A stretch of DNA of 64,000 nucleotides, from contig JAGTQC010000005.1 in assembly GCA_018396535.1 (NCBI GenBank), forward strand, positions 64,001 through 128,000, written 5' to 3'. The stretch is from Candidatus Bathyarchaeota archaeon. Its GTDB lineage: Archaea > Thermoproteota > CALKCG01 > B24 > DRYS01. The notes under the pieces are model-generated. The model was not told the origin of the DNA. It was given only the letters and a program-made list of their open reading frames with translations, and did not search any database. The translations under genes were made by a program, and so were the position numbers. This document shows positions 21,303 through 31,704 of this stretch, in pieces; positions within the stretch are counted from its first letter, which is position 1, and each line of letters opens with the position of its first letter.

Positions 21303-22289
21303 TTATGGTATACGCCCTAAGCTACCCAGTCTCCCAGCTATCCTCCTCGCAGCTTCTCTAAGCTCCCCAACTCTATCCTCAGGTACCCCATCATATGTGA
21401 ATACCCATGCACCCCATTCTACACCTGCAGCATACTTAAGCCTATCCCTAGATAAGTGTGGAGTATAGAATTCTACATGTAGTCTATAATCCTTGTTCAC
21501 CTGTTTAATAGGTGCTTGATGGAATATCATCATATAGGCATACTCTGATCCAAATAGCTCCTCGTAAACACCGGTAGCTACCCTTATAGTATCGGCTAGT
21601 AGGAGTGCTGAATATCTATCGAGCTCGTAGAGTAGTTTAACATCTCTCAATGGATATATATGCATCTCGTATGGCCACATAGCATAGAATGGTAGTAGGA
21701 GTATGAATTCATCGTTGACATATACTATACGTTTAGATTCCCTAATCTCCGCTTCAACTATATCTTCAAAAAGGTTTCTCCCATAATCCCTTCTATACCT
21801 GATAACCGATTCTATCTCTCTAACTATCCTCGGAGGGATGAATGTGAATGCGTAAATCTGGCTGTGAGGATGGGTTAGCGAAACACCTATCAGTACACCC
21901 TTATTCTTAAAGGGCATCACATATTCTATAGCTGGGTTAGATGCGATATCCCTGGTTCGTTCACCTAGCAGGAGTATATACTCCGACACCTGCTCTAAAG
22001 GTATATCTTGAAAATCCCCCTCATGCACCGGTGTTTCCACTACTACTTCACATACTCCTAAAGCCTCACTCTTAATAAACGGTTCACACCCCTCATCTAC
22101 TTTAGGCGGGTTAAGCGATAGAGCTGGATATCTATTCGGTAGAGCTAAGACTCTCCACTCACCCTGAGTTTCAGATCCGCCGGGGCAAAACGGACAGAAG
22201 GTTGAATGCCAAGGCCTCCCCTTCCTATGACCAGCTACTATTATCCAGCAGTCTAGGAGCGGATTCCACCTCAACTCATGTCCAGACAT
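21303..22289 (-). CDS. galT: Galactose-1-phosphate uridylyltransferase
   Basis: ELRWNPL, CPFCPG, NRYPAL and catalytic HPHSQ. Confidence 0.92.
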   Translation of the reverse strand: MSGHELRWNPLLDCWIIVAGHRKGRPWHSTFCPFCPGGSETQGEWRVLALPNRYPALSLNPPKVDEGCEPFIKSEALGVCEVVVETPVHEGDFQDIPLEQVSEYILLLGERTRDIASNPAIEYVMPFKNKGVLIGVSLTHPHSQIYAFTFIPPRIVREIESVIRYRRDYGRNLFEDIVEAEIRESKRIVYVNDEFILLLPFYAMWPYEMHIYPLRDVKLLYELDRYSALLLADTIRVATGVYEELFGSEYAYMMIFHQAPIKQVNKDYRLHVEFYTPHLSRDRLKYAAGVEWGAWVFTYDGVPEDRVGELREAARRIAGRLGSLGRIP

Positions 22290-22427
22290 AGTTTAGCCCC
22301 CATCGATGCAAGCTTTCATTGCATCTATCACCCATAACTAAGATAGCCATCTAGTATGTAACCTTTCCCCCTCGACTTCATAGGATAATCTCCAAGTCTA
22401 AATAGATCATCCTATAAAATCCATATC

Positions 22428-23702
22428 TTATACATAGGTTCTAAGATCTACCCTCGCTCCCTCACCTATCTTAGAAACCCATGCTGATGGACATCCTATA
22501 TCTAGACAAGCCTTCCTTATCCTTATAGCTTCATCGAAGCTTCTAGCTAAACCGAGTATAACTCCTCCAAGACCCGCACCCGATATCTTAGCACCTAACG
22601 CACCTGAATCCAGCATAGTAGACCATATCTCTTCGAGTCTAGGTAGACTTACCTCGTATAAATCTCTCAATAGTGTATGCTGGAATGAGAGTATGCACCC
22701 CAATACTGAGATCGGATCATCGAAATTAGGTCTATACTCTGATGAAAATTCATCACCTACTATCGAACGATATAATTCTGGCTGAGCTTTCATATACTTG
22801 ATAATCGATAGAGCATACATAGTCGATCTATGCATTCGTATAGTGAAGATTACCCTATTAGCAAGTTTAGATGGGAGAGAGGATAGATAAGGCTCTATCT
22901 CCTCCTCAGATATATCCTCCCATCTAGGCTCATAGTATCTACGACCAAGCTTCAAAGCTAATTCTACCGGGACTTTAACCTCATCTAGGAGAATCCTTAA
23001 CGCTTCATCTATCTCTGCTTGTCTAACAGGATGAACCGATACTATCCTACGCCTCACACCTGAATCTGCTAAGACCATTATGAAACCTCTATCCGGAAGC
23101 TCCTCCACATCGTATGGTGGCCTCGTATCTAGCTTCAATATCCCGCCATAAGATGAACCATACTGATCTAACCTACCACACGGTATACCCATAACATCAT
23201 GCTCAGCAGTATAAGCGATCTCAGCTACATCTCTCCTAGAAAGCTGGAGATCGTATAGTCCAGCTATAAGTTTAGCTATGGAAACTTCTAGAGCAGCGCT
23301 ACTCGATAAACCCGAACCTATAGGTACATGGCTTAGTATAGCTATATGTAACCCATCTATCCCAACACCCATATCCATGAATACTTTAACGAGAGCTCTA
23401 GCATAATCACCGAACCATCCACCACCCCTAAGCTTCAAACTACATATATCCACCTCATCTAAGTAGTCTACACCTTCATCGAATAGATTAACCGATGATA
23501 CTCGTAGTATACCATCCCTAGACCTATAACCGGCTGCATAGCATCTAAGTTCGATAGCTATAGGTACGACTGGTAGACCCTTATAATCTTGATGCGTATT
23601 TAGAAAATCAGCTCTACCTGGAGCTGAAGCTATCACAACCTCGGCATTCCTTGATGGATCTAAGAATCCTATCAACCTAGATACTACATCCTTCAGGGAC
23701 AT
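22428..23702 (-). CDS. Galactokinase-family GHMP sugar kinase
   Basis: PIGSGLSSSAA, CGRLDQ and GAKISGAGLGG; the sugar-binding motif is the atypical GRADFLNTHQDY. Confidence 0.85.
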   Translation of the reverse strand: MSLKDVVSRLIGFLDPSRNAEVVIASAPGRADFLNTHQDYKGLPVVPIAIELRCYAAGYRSRDGILRVSSVNLFDEGVDYLDEVDICSLKLRGGGWFGDYARALVKVFMDMGVGIDGLHIAILSHVPIGSGLSSSAALEVSIAKLIAGLYDLQLSRRDVAEIAYTAEHDVMGIPCGRLDQYGSSYGGILKLDTRPPYDVEELPDRGFIMVLADSGVRRRIVSVHPVRQAEIDEALRILLDEVKVPVELALKLGRRYYEPRWEDISEEEIEPYLSSLPSKLANRVIFTIRMHRSTMYALSIIKYMKAQPELYRSIVGDEFSSEYRPNFDDPISVLGCILSFQHTLLRDLYEVSLPRLEEIWSTMLDSGALGAKISGAGLGGVILGLARSFDEAIRIRKACLDIGCPSAWVSKIGEGARVDLRTYV

Positions 23703-23732
23703 ACCTAGCCTCTTATAAGCTAAACAGTCTAT

Positions 23733-25253
23733 CTATATTGATGCCATACTCTTAGATATACGCTCCCAGATAGGAATCATCCTCCTCCGCGATTCAGGAC
23801 CTAGTATTATAGGTTCTATACCCGCTATCTCGCATAGATATGTTAACGAGCGTACATGATCCCCTGCGACAGCTAGTATATGATTAGATGGGAATACGTT
23901 TATGAATTCTTCGAAACTGCAATGTAGTCTGGCATGGACGTGAGGCCATGTTGGGTTAGTCTCCTCGTTTATAGCCTTCCTCTCATCTGGTGGTAACTCT
24001 ACAGCTTCACCTAACACTATAACCATGTAGAGTCTATCATCCCATAATCCTAGACGAGCAAATGTTAAGGGTCCAGGAGCTGCATCGAATTCGACTGAAG
24101 CCCCTCCAGCTTTAAAGTAGAATTCTAAAGCTGGATGGAGGGTTATCTTCTTGAAGTTCTCCCTAGGATCGAAGCTTCTAGAAGCATACCAGCTTGAATG
24201 ATTACCTGAATTACAGAAATCCCATATATCCCTATCTGGATGGTAGAGTCTAACATCCATGAATAGTACGGGTAAACCCCCGCTCACATATTTCAATATC
24301 TGCATAGTTAATGCTGCGAGAGCATCTGCTTCTGTAGCGCATACCATAGGCTCCTTAGATCCATTCCAATCGTATGGATCGTTCATAAGCATCTCAGCTA
24401 CATCTGTTATACATACATGCTCTGATAGCTCCCTCTGACCCTTTATACCGCAGAAATCGAACCCCATCTCCTCGTTAATCATCTTCATAGCTAGGTATAG
24501 CCTCACCTGCTTCTCTAAGGCTTCGGGTGTAAGCATCTTCCCATCATATCTTATACGATCTCCTAGAAGATCTTCAAGCCACTTCATACCCTTCCTAACC
24601 TCTGTCTCATCCACCTTCTCCATCATCTTAACAAGTAGGAATTGATCTATATGGTATAAAGTCACACCGAAAGCCTTCTGTATAGGTACTAGGTGGAAGT
24701 ATCCAGTCTCCATACCCATGGAGTGCCCACCATAGAGTCCGTAAACCTCCCCTCTAAGATTCGTATATGCTTGAGCAGCTCTAACCCAATCTATAACTCT
24801 AGATTGAACATCAGGATCATCTATATCACCGATTATACGATGAGTCCTTACACCAGCCTGTCTCAAAGCTCCATCCGTAGCTAGTAAGCCTACGTTACCA
24901 GGATACTTACCACTATTATTGGATAGGCATAGGATTGGCTTATCCCTACCAACCGTATTTATGAATGGCCATACTAAATATGGGAAATCCCATACATAGA
25001 AGCATAGTATAATCTGTCTACAATTAGCTCTAACAAGTTCCTCCCCTACTCTACGAGCAGTCCTTATAGATTTTATAGTTTCAGAGCCTACTACAACTTT
25101 AGGTGTAGATCCATCTATATTCCTAGCTTTACTACGTATTATCTCAGCCCATCTATTAACCACCTCCATACACTCTTTCTCGTTAGCCTTGTACACATGC
25201 TCCCTCTCATCATTTATCAAAGCGATACCTATAGGCGTGGTTTTCAAATCCAA
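23733..25253 (-). CDS. L-fucose/L-arabinose isomerase family protein
   Basis: GGHSMGM, GQRELS, ATEAD, DVR, CNSG and TNPTWPH (FucI-like). Confidence 0.88.
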   Translation of the reverse strand: MDLKTTPIGIALINDEREHVYKANEKECMEVVNRWAEIIRSKARNIDGSTPKVVVGSETIKSIRTARRVGEELVRANCRQIILCFYVWDFPYLVWPFINTVGRDKPILCLSNNSGKYPGNVGLLATDGALRQAGVRTHRIIGDIDDPDVQSRVIDWVRAAQAYTNLRGEVYGLYGGHSMGMETGYFHLVPIQKAFGVTLYHIDQFLLVKMMEKVDETEVRKGMKWLEDLLGDRIRYDGKMLTPEALEKQVRLYLAMKMINEEMGFDFCGIKGQRELSEHVCITDVAEMLMNDPYDWNGSKEPMVCATEADALAALTMQILKYVSGGLPVLFMDVRLYHPDRDIWDFCNSGNHSSWYASRSFDPRENFKKITLHPALEFYFKAGGASVEFDAAPGPLTFARLGLWDDRLYMVIVLGEAVELPPDERKAINEETNPTWPHVHARLHCSFEEFINVFPSNHILAVAGDHVRSLTYLCEIAGIEPIILGPESRRRMIPIWERISKSMASI

Positions 25254-25330
25254 CCACCATAGAAATCATGGCATATATATGAGAGAAAAATCTTCTGGTC
25301 TCCGATAACGGATATATAGAGTATCGCTCA

Positions 25331-25975
25331 CTATACAGCTGCTATACTGTATAAACTATACCAGCTATCAGCTACTATCGAGGCATAGCGGTAATCCTCT
25401 ATTCTGAATCTAGGTCTCAATATACCTATACGTATAGGTATACCAAGTTCTCGATAGATCTCGAAGAATACAGGATTATCATCGACTATGATCTTAACCC
25501 TATACTCCTCCAATATCCTTTCCAGAAGCATACGGCGTATACTCGTCGGATCCTCTATATACTTCTCCAGATCTGGCGCCATATATATCATCATCGGATC
25601 AACTGGAAACCCCATCGATCTAAGCTCATCTAGCGTCGCATCTCTCATATTACTAGTCCTACCTGTAAGATATACTATCGTATAGCGTCTAGACCATATG
25701 GATACCGTATCGGCTGCATAGGGTATGGGTTTATCCATCTCGAGGAGTTTAAACCCATCAGGATCGTAGCATAAGAGTATAGACCAGAACTTCAAGTAGA
25801 TAGGATGATAACCAGGTCCATAGTATTTCCTAGCTATATGGCTAGATCCATACATCTCTAATTCGCTTATAGGTATATCTAGCCCGGTTACCCTACGCCA
25901 CGCAGCCTGCCTCCTAAGAGATGTATCGATTATAGTCTCATCGATATCTAGGACGACAGCTTCTCTAAATCGCAT
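25331..25975 (-). CDS. HAD-superfamily phosphatase
   Basis: DIDET, LTGR and VDDN motifs. Confidence 0.85.
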   Translation of the reverse strand: MRFREAVVLDIDETIIDTSLRRQAAWRRVTGLDIPISELEMYGSSHIARKYYGPGYHPIYLKFWSILLCYDPDGFKLLEMDKPIPYAADTVSIWSRRYTIVYLTGRTSNMRDATLDELRSMGFPVDPMMIYMAPDLEKYIEDPTSIRRMLLERILEEYRVKIIVDDNPVFFEIYRELGIPIRIGILRPRFRIEDYRYASIVADSWYSLYSIAAV

Positions 25976-26073
25976 CGACCATACCTCGATACAGATTTAG
26001 GATATAAAATCTGAAGGTAAACTTCTTTTAAACGTTTATCTCTACATAGTCTAGGAGTCAAGAGTGAAGAGGT

Positions 26074-27225
26074 ATGGAAGCTACGCTTATCGAAACACCT
26101 CTAGGAATACTACTACTAGATAATGATGGTAGATTCATCGATGGGGAGAGGTTTAGAAGCGTAGATGAAGCTATAGATAGGCTTAGACGTATAAGTCGAG
26201 GTGAGACTGTAGAGGAGCTTAGAACCCTACTCGAGAGATGGGTTGATAGGATAAAGATATTGAAAGTCTCTTCAGACGATATAGCCTCGAATCTGAGAGG
26301 GGAATTCGGTTTCGATATAACCGTAGATAAGGCTAATCCTGTATGGAGGATGTATAATAGGAAATCTGTAGAGATACTTAGAGAGATCGGCTGGGTTAGA
26401 GATGCTAGAGAGTATGCGAATATCAAGAGGGAGGTTGGGTTACTACTCGCAGAGAAGGTTATCTCCGAAGCTCTAGCATCTAGGGATCTACTGATAATAC
26501 AGTGTGCATCAGCTATCGATGATCTAGCTGAAATCATAAATATGCTCTGGAGTAGGCTTAGAGAATGGTATGGTATACATTTCCCAGAGCTCGAGAAGAT
26601 AGTAGATGAAATCGAACTATACGCGAAGATAGTGCATAGTATCGGAGGTAGAAGTAATTTTACAGAGGAGAAGCTATCCGAGCTTAAGATCTCTAGATCT
26701 AAAGCTGCGGATATAATCGAAGCAGCCATAAACTCTCTAGGTGGTGATATAGGTGAAGCAGACTTAAGACAGATAGCTGAACTAGCGTATACGATACTAC
26801 AGCTTATAGCCCTCCGCGAAAGGCTAGTAGGCTATCTAGAAGATTCTATGCGTAGGGAAGCCCCGAATATTACAGGTTTAGTCGGCCCTATCATAGGAGC
26901 TAAGCTTATAGCTAAAGCTGGAGGTTTAGAGAAGCTTGCGAAGATGCCTGCTAGTACTATACAAGTTTTAGGTGCGGAGAAAGCGTTATTCAGAGCTATT
27001 AGAAGTGGTGGAAAACCTCCTAAGCATGGGATAATATTCCAGCATACCTTAATCCATCAGGCGCCTAAGAAGATACGTGGAAAGATAGCGAGAGCTCTTG
27101 CAGCTAAGCTAGCTATAGCTGCGAGAGTAGACTACTATACAAAGGAGGATATAAGTGAGAAGCTTAGGAGAGAGTTGAACGAGAGGGTAAAGGAGATTAG
27201 ATCAGCCTACATAGAGAAGGGTTAA
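26074..27225 (+). CDS. nop5: Box C/D RNP protein Nop5 (Nop56/58)
   Basis: REWYGIHFPEL, IQVLGAEKALF and PPKHGIIF. Confidence 0.96.
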   Translation: MEATLIETPLGILLLDNDGRFIDGERFRSVDEAIDRLRRISRGETVEELRTLLERWVDRIKILKVSSDDIASNLRGEFGFDITVDKANPVWRMYNRKSVEILREIGWVRDAREYANIKREVGLLLAEKVISEALASRDLLIIQCASAIDDLAEIINMLWSRLREWYGIHFPELEKIVDEIELYAKIVHSIGGRSNFTEEKLSELKISRSKAADIIEAAINSLGGDIGEADLRQIAELAYTILQLIALRERLVGYLEDSMRREAPNITGLVGPIIGAKLIAKAGGLEKLAKMPASTIQVLGAEKALFRAIRSGGKPPKHGIIFQHTLIHQAPKKIRGKIARALAAKLAIAARVDYYTKEDISEKLRRELNERVKEIRSAYIEKG

Positions 27226-27347
27226 CCCTCTAATGGATAGATGATATCTGTAGCCTACTAACTCGTATACTAGCTAATCTAATCGTCTAGGGGGAGCAAT
27301 ATTTAAACGTAGATAATCGTCATAAATCTATGTAGCGGGATTAATCT

Positions 27348-28040
27348 ATGGTGAAGATCGAGCCTTTAAAGGATATAGAGGGTGTATACAGGGTTCTAGG
27401 ATTAAAACCTGCTAGGATAGCTACACGTAACCTTACGCCTGGGCGTCAAGTATACGGTGAGAAGCTTATAGTATACGAGGGTGTAGAGTATAGGGTTTGG
27501 GATCCATATAGGAGTAAATTCTCAGCTGCTATACTTAAGGGTCTCAACAGGCTGCCTATAGGTAGAGGATCTAGGATACTATACCTAGGCGCAGCTACAG
27601 GTACCACTTCGAGTCACGTATCCGATATAGTAGGCGATGAGGGTGTAGTATACTGTGTAGAATTCTCTGCTAGAGCTCTCAGAGAGCTTGTGATGAACGT
27701 AGCTAGGTATAGGGAGAATATGGTTCCAATCCTAAGCGATGCACGTCTACCCGAAGCTTACCGCTTCATAGTGGATGAAGTTGATGGGATATACTGCGAT
27801 ATAGCTCAACCCGAGCAAGCTAGAGTTTTAGCAGATAACGCTGACCTATATCTCAAGCCGGGTGGCTTCATACTACTAGCGGTTAAAGCTAGGAGTATAG
27901 ATGTGAAGAAATCGCCTAAGGAGATATACGAGAGAGAAGTGAATATACTTAAGGAGAGGGGGTTCAAGATACGTAGTGTGATAAACATAGAATCCTACCA
28001 TAAGGATCATGTTATGGTCTACGCCACTTACAAACCTTGA
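27348..28040 (+). CDS. flpA: Fibrillarin-like rRNA/tRNA 2'-O-methyltransferase
   Basis: YRVWDPYRSK, LYLGAATGTT and DIAQPEQ. Confidence 0.97.
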   Translation: MVKIEPLKDIEGVYRVLGLKPARIATRNLTPGRQVYGEKLIVYEGVEYRVWDPYRSKFSAAILKGLNRLPIGRGSRILYLGAATGTTSSHVSDIVGDEGVVYCVEFSARALRELVMNVARYRENMVPILSDARLPEAYRFIVDEVDGIYCDIAQPEQARVLADNADLYLKPGGFILLAVKARSIDVKKSPKEIYEREVNILKERGFKIRSVINIESYHKDHVMVYATYKP

Positions 28041-29245
28041 TACACCATCAACTCGGCTATCCTATAGTAGAGATATTTGAGGGGAAGGTTAGACTAATCC
28101 TACCAGAGGTATCTCTAAAAAGTAGCATCCCCCCTAAAACTCCTGTATTCTACAACCCCGCTATGGCGAGAAGCCGGGATATAGGCGTACTATTTATTAG
28201 AGTTTGCGAAGATCTACCGGGTGGGGGGTTAAGCGTATGTGATGCATTGGCAGGATCGGGTGTGAGAGGGCTGAGATACCTTATAGAGACATCTAGGGTT
28301 GGACACCTCGTATCGAACGATATAAGTAGAGAAGCTGTTAAACTGATCTCAGTAAACGTCAATGTAAACGGTGTATCTGATAGGGTAACTATAGAGAATC
28401 GCGATGCGAATAGTCTACTAGCAGACTATGCTTCTAGAGGAGAGCGGTTCCATATTGTAGATATAGACCCCTTCGGCTCACCTGCAAACTATATAGGTAA
28501 CGCTATAATGGCAGTACGCGGTAGAGGTATCCTAGCAGCTACGGCTACAGATACGGCGCCGCTTTCAGGAGTATATCCTAAGACATGTCTTAGGCGGTAT
28601 GGAGCTATATCCATTAAGACAGAGTTCTATCATGAAGTCGGTTTGAGAATACTGGTAGGATATATAGCGAGGATTGGTCTAACCTACGATCTAGGAGTAG
28701 ATAACCTCTTAGCCTATAGAGAATTACACTATTTTAGATGCTATGTAAGGGTTGAACCTGGGGTTCGTAGAGCTGAGAAAACTCTAGATAACATAGGTTT
28801 CATAACATACTGTAGTACATGTATGTATAGGAGGAGTATACCGTTGGTAGACGCTGCTCTCCGTAGCAGCCCCAGTTTAACAGTATGCCCTCTATGTAGC
28901 TCTAACCTAAACTTCATAGGGCCCCTATGGATTGGTAGGCTGGCTTCGCCAAGCTTATGTAGGAGTATGGTGGAGGAGATCGAGAGAACGGTCGTAACAG
29001 ATAGGGATCATATAACTAGGCTTCTATCATATCTAGAATACGAGGCATCTATGCCTCCGACATACTATACACTAGATCGTATAGCGTCTAAGCTTAGAGT
29101 AGAAACACCAAGCTTCGAAAAGATCAGAGATATAATCATAGGGGAGGGCTACAGATTCTCTAGAACACACTTCGATCCTAAAGGGTTTAAAACAGATATG
29201 GATCCGATAACTCTACTAGAATTGTTGAGGAGACACCTAGAATGA
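28037..29245 (+). CDS. trm1: tRNA (guanine26-N2,N2)-dimethyltransferase
   Basis: VFYNP, GSGVRGLRY, DIDPFGSP and TATD. Confidence 0.95.
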   Translation: MIHHQLGYPIVEIFEGKVRLILPEVSLKSSIPPKTPVFYNPAMARSRDIGVLFIRVCEDLPGGGLSVCDALAGSGVRGLRYLIETSRVGHLVSNDISREAVKLISVNVNVNGVSDRVTIENRDANSLLADYASRGERFHIVDIDPFGSPANYIGNAIMAVRGRGILAATATDTAPLSGVYPKTCLRRYGAISIKTEFYHEVGLRILVGYIARIGLTYDLGVDNLLAYRELHYFRCYVRVEPGVRRAEKTLDNIGFITYCSTCMYRRSIPLVDAALRSSPSLTVCPLCSSNLNFIGPLWIGRLASPSLCRSMVEEIERTVVTDRDHITRLLSYLEYEASMPPTYYTLDRIASKLRVETPSFEKIRDIIIGEGYRFSRTHFDPKGFKTDMDPITLLELLRRHLE

Positions 29246-29271
29246 TCGTATAGTAGAATCTGTATGTATAG

Positions 29272-29637
29272 CTAGTCTACTAGACTCTCTCCTTGACGGA
29301 GTATCCACTCTTCTAGGAGTTTACATTTTAGGTGGGATGAATCGCCTCCGATACCGCATAGTGAATCCTTCTCGCATAGTATACATGGCGCGGATTCTAT
29401 AGATAGTCGACTAGGCTTATTATCCACTATCATAATCCTATACGTCCATCTATTAGATTGAAGGATACGTTCCCTCCTTATCAAACCCTTCCTCTCTAGA
29501 TTCAGGACTATCCTCGCCACCTCTTTACTTGTTACACCCAGCATCTTCCATAGATTACTCTGTAGTACCCCATCCTTTGAGCTTCTTATAATCTCCAGAG
29601 CCTTCTTCTCTAACTCCTCCCCGCTTCTTCTAGCCAT
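29272..29637 (-). CDS. TFE-beta / Rpc34(hRPC39)-like wHTH protein with FeS-type Cys cluster
   Basis: wHTH (GVLQSNLWKML..LERKGLIRRE) plus PCILC..C..C..L.EW C-terminus. Confidence 0.8.
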   Translation of the reverse strand: MARRSGEELEKKALEIIRSSKDGVLQSNLWKMLGVTSKEVARIVLNLERKGLIRRERILQSNRWTYRIMIVDNKPSRLSIESAPCILCEKDSLCGIGGDSSHLKCKLLEEWILRQGESLVD

Positions 29638-29755
29638 AACCTACATCTAATAGTCCGCCTCGATACTAGATAAGCCTTTCCAGTATGGGGTAAGCCTCTC
29701 CCTAGGTAATGTTTAAAGATATCGTTATCCACTCTAATATCACTGGATCTAAGCT

Positions 29756-30157
29756 TTGAGCGAGTCGACGGATATAGAGTTTGAGAATATAAAAAGACGT
29801 ATGCTAGCTAAACTTCAGAAGAAGATAGCATCTAGTGAAGGTGTACAGCATAGGGAGGAGCTGAATCCTGAGAAATATGTCGAAAATAATCTTGAAGGTA
29901 AAGCTGTAGAGATACTCGAATACTTTAAGCAGCAGTATCCAAACAATGTGTATAAGGCTGTAGTAGAAGCTATAGCTAAAGCTATGATGCGGGGGGTTAT
30001 CCCTAAACCCCTCGATGCTGTAACACTATATAATATACTTTTGAATCTAGGTTTAAGAGTTAGACTTCCTAGCCGAATCTATGTAGCTAAGAAGGGTGAG
30101 GTTAAAGACTTCTCCGAATATCTTAGGGAGAAGCTATCAGAGGAGTCTGGTACATAG
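29756..30157 (+). CDS. PDCD5-like dsDNA-binding protein
   Basis: N-terminal IKRRMLAKLQ helix followed by a helical domain typical of the family. Confidence 0.6.
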   Translation: MSESTDIEFENIKRRMLAKLQKKIASSEGVQHREELNPEKYVENNLEGKAVEILEYFKQQYPNNVYKAVVEAIAKAMMRGVIPKPLDAVTLYNILLNLGLRVRLPSRIYVAKKGEVKDFSEYLREKLSEESGT

Positions 30158-30258
30158 TAAGCCTATGATATTAAGCTGTATTTAGTCTGGGATAATATTT
30201 AAATGAGTGTTTTTCAGTCTCTTATACTAATAGCTAAGGTTTATGGAGAAGTCTAGGT

Positions 30259-31503
30259 ATGATTACTAAAAGTTCCTCAAAGGATATAGGTAGAGTTGTG
30301 CTAGCGTTTTCAGGTGGATTAGATACATCTGTAGCTGTTGTATGGCTTAGAGAGAAGTATGGAGTGGATGTTATAACAGTGACGGTAGATGTAGGTCAAA
30401 ACGAAGATTTTAAAGAGGTAGAAGCTAAAGCGGAGAAGCTGGGGGCTATCAAGCATTATACGTTAGATTGTAAAAGAGAGTTTATCGATGAATACGTGTT
30501 CAAATCTGTTAAAGCTAACGGTTTATATCAAGGTGAATACCCGCTTAGCAGTGCTTTATCGAGGCCGCTTATAGCATCTAAGTGTGTGGATATAGCTTTA
30601 AGAGAGGGGGCGGATGCCATAGCTCATGGATGTACAGGTAAGGGTAATGATCAACTAAGATTTGAGATCACGATAAAGTCTCTAGCACCAGATCTTAAAG
30701 TATTAGCACCAGTGAGGGAATGGGGCTTTAATAGAGATTGGGAGGTAGAGTATGCGTTAAAGCATGGCATACCTATAAAACCTAAGAGGGAGAGATATAG
30801 CATAGATGTGAATCTATGGGGTAGATCGATAGAGTGCGGTCCACTAGAAGATATATCCTCAGATCCACCTGAGGATGTATTCGAATGGACCAATCCGCCA
30901 TGGAAGGCTCCAGATAAACCTGAAGAAGTCTCTATAAAATTCGAGGATGGTATACCTAAAGCTATAAACGGAGAGGAGATGGATGGGGTTAAGCTGGTAT
31001 CCTTCTTGAATAATCTAGCTGGATTGCATGGTATAGGACGTATAGACCATGTAGAGGATAGGACTACTGGTATAAAGACTCGTGAAGTATATGAAGCCCC
31101 CGCAGCTACATGTATACTTAAAGCACATAAGGATCTTGAAAAACTAGTGTTAACTGGACGCGAATTAAGGTTTAAGGAGCAGGTCGATGTGGAGTGGTGT
31201 AGCCTTGTATATACTGGTTTATGGATGGATCCGCTTAGGGAAGCTTTAGATGCCTTCATAGATACGATCGAGAAGAGAGTTTGCGGTGAGATAACTCTCA
31301 GAATGTATAAAGGCTCCGTTACGATTGTATCGAGGAAGTCGGAGTATAGTCTATACGATGTAGATCTAGCAAGCTATAGTAGTAGCAGCCTATTCGATCA
31401 GAGGTGGGCTGAAGGATTCATAACATTATGGGGTCTACCTACAATCCTCGCTAATCGGGTTTCTCGAAAAAAGTTATCTATCAGATATGCTTATGGGGGG
31501 TGA
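30259..31503 (+). CDS. argG: Argininosuccinate synthase
   Basis: AFSGGLDTS, HGCTGKGNDQ and YEAPAA. Confidence 0.97.
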   Translation: MITKSSSKDIGRVVLAFSGGLDTSVAVVWLREKYGVDVITVTVDVGQNEDFKEVEAKAEKLGAIKHYTLDCKREFIDEYVFKSVKANGLYQGEYPLSSALSRPLIASKCVDIALREGADAIAHGCTGKGNDQLRFEITIKSLAPDLKVLAPVREWGFNRDWEVEYALKHGIPIKPKRERYSIDVNLWGRSIECGPLEDISSDPPEDVFEWTNPPWKAPDKPEEVSIKFEDGIPKAINGEEMDGVKLVSFLNNLAGLHGIGRIDHVEDRTTGIKTREVYEAPAATCILKAHKDLEKLVLTGRELRFKEQVDVEWCSLVYTGLWMDPLREALDAFIDTIEKRVCGEITLRMYKGSVTIVSRKSEYSLYDVDLASYSSSSLFDQRWAEGFITLWGLPTILANRVSRKKLSIRYAYGG

Positions 31504-31509
31504 GTAGGT

Positions 31510-31683
31510 ATGCAGATTAAATGTCCTGAATGTGATGGTGATATACCGGTACCCGAAGATGTGGTTCCAGGAGAAATAGTTCCATGCCCAGATTGCGGAT
31601 CTGAGTTTGAAGTGTATCTAGGTAGTGATGGAAGTATAGAGCTGAAACCTGTAGAGATAGAGGGTGAGGATTGGGGAGAATAA
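31510..31683 (+). CDS. lysW: Amino-group carrier protein LysW/ArgW (57 aa, below the ORF-track cut-off)
   Basis: Manual translation MQIKCPECDG...CPDCGSEFEV...EGEDWGE*, with a Zn ribbon and the diagnostic C-terminal EDWGE. Confidence 0.97.
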   Translation: MQIKCPECDGDIPVPEDVVPGEIVPCPDCGSEFEVYLGSDGSIELKPVEIEGEDWGE

Positions 31684-31704
31684 AGTCTAGGGAGTAGGAA
31701 AGGT

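Noticed and set aside
27226-27347. C/D box sRNA between nop5 and fibrillarin
   Set aside because: No convincing RUGAUGA/CUGA box pair.
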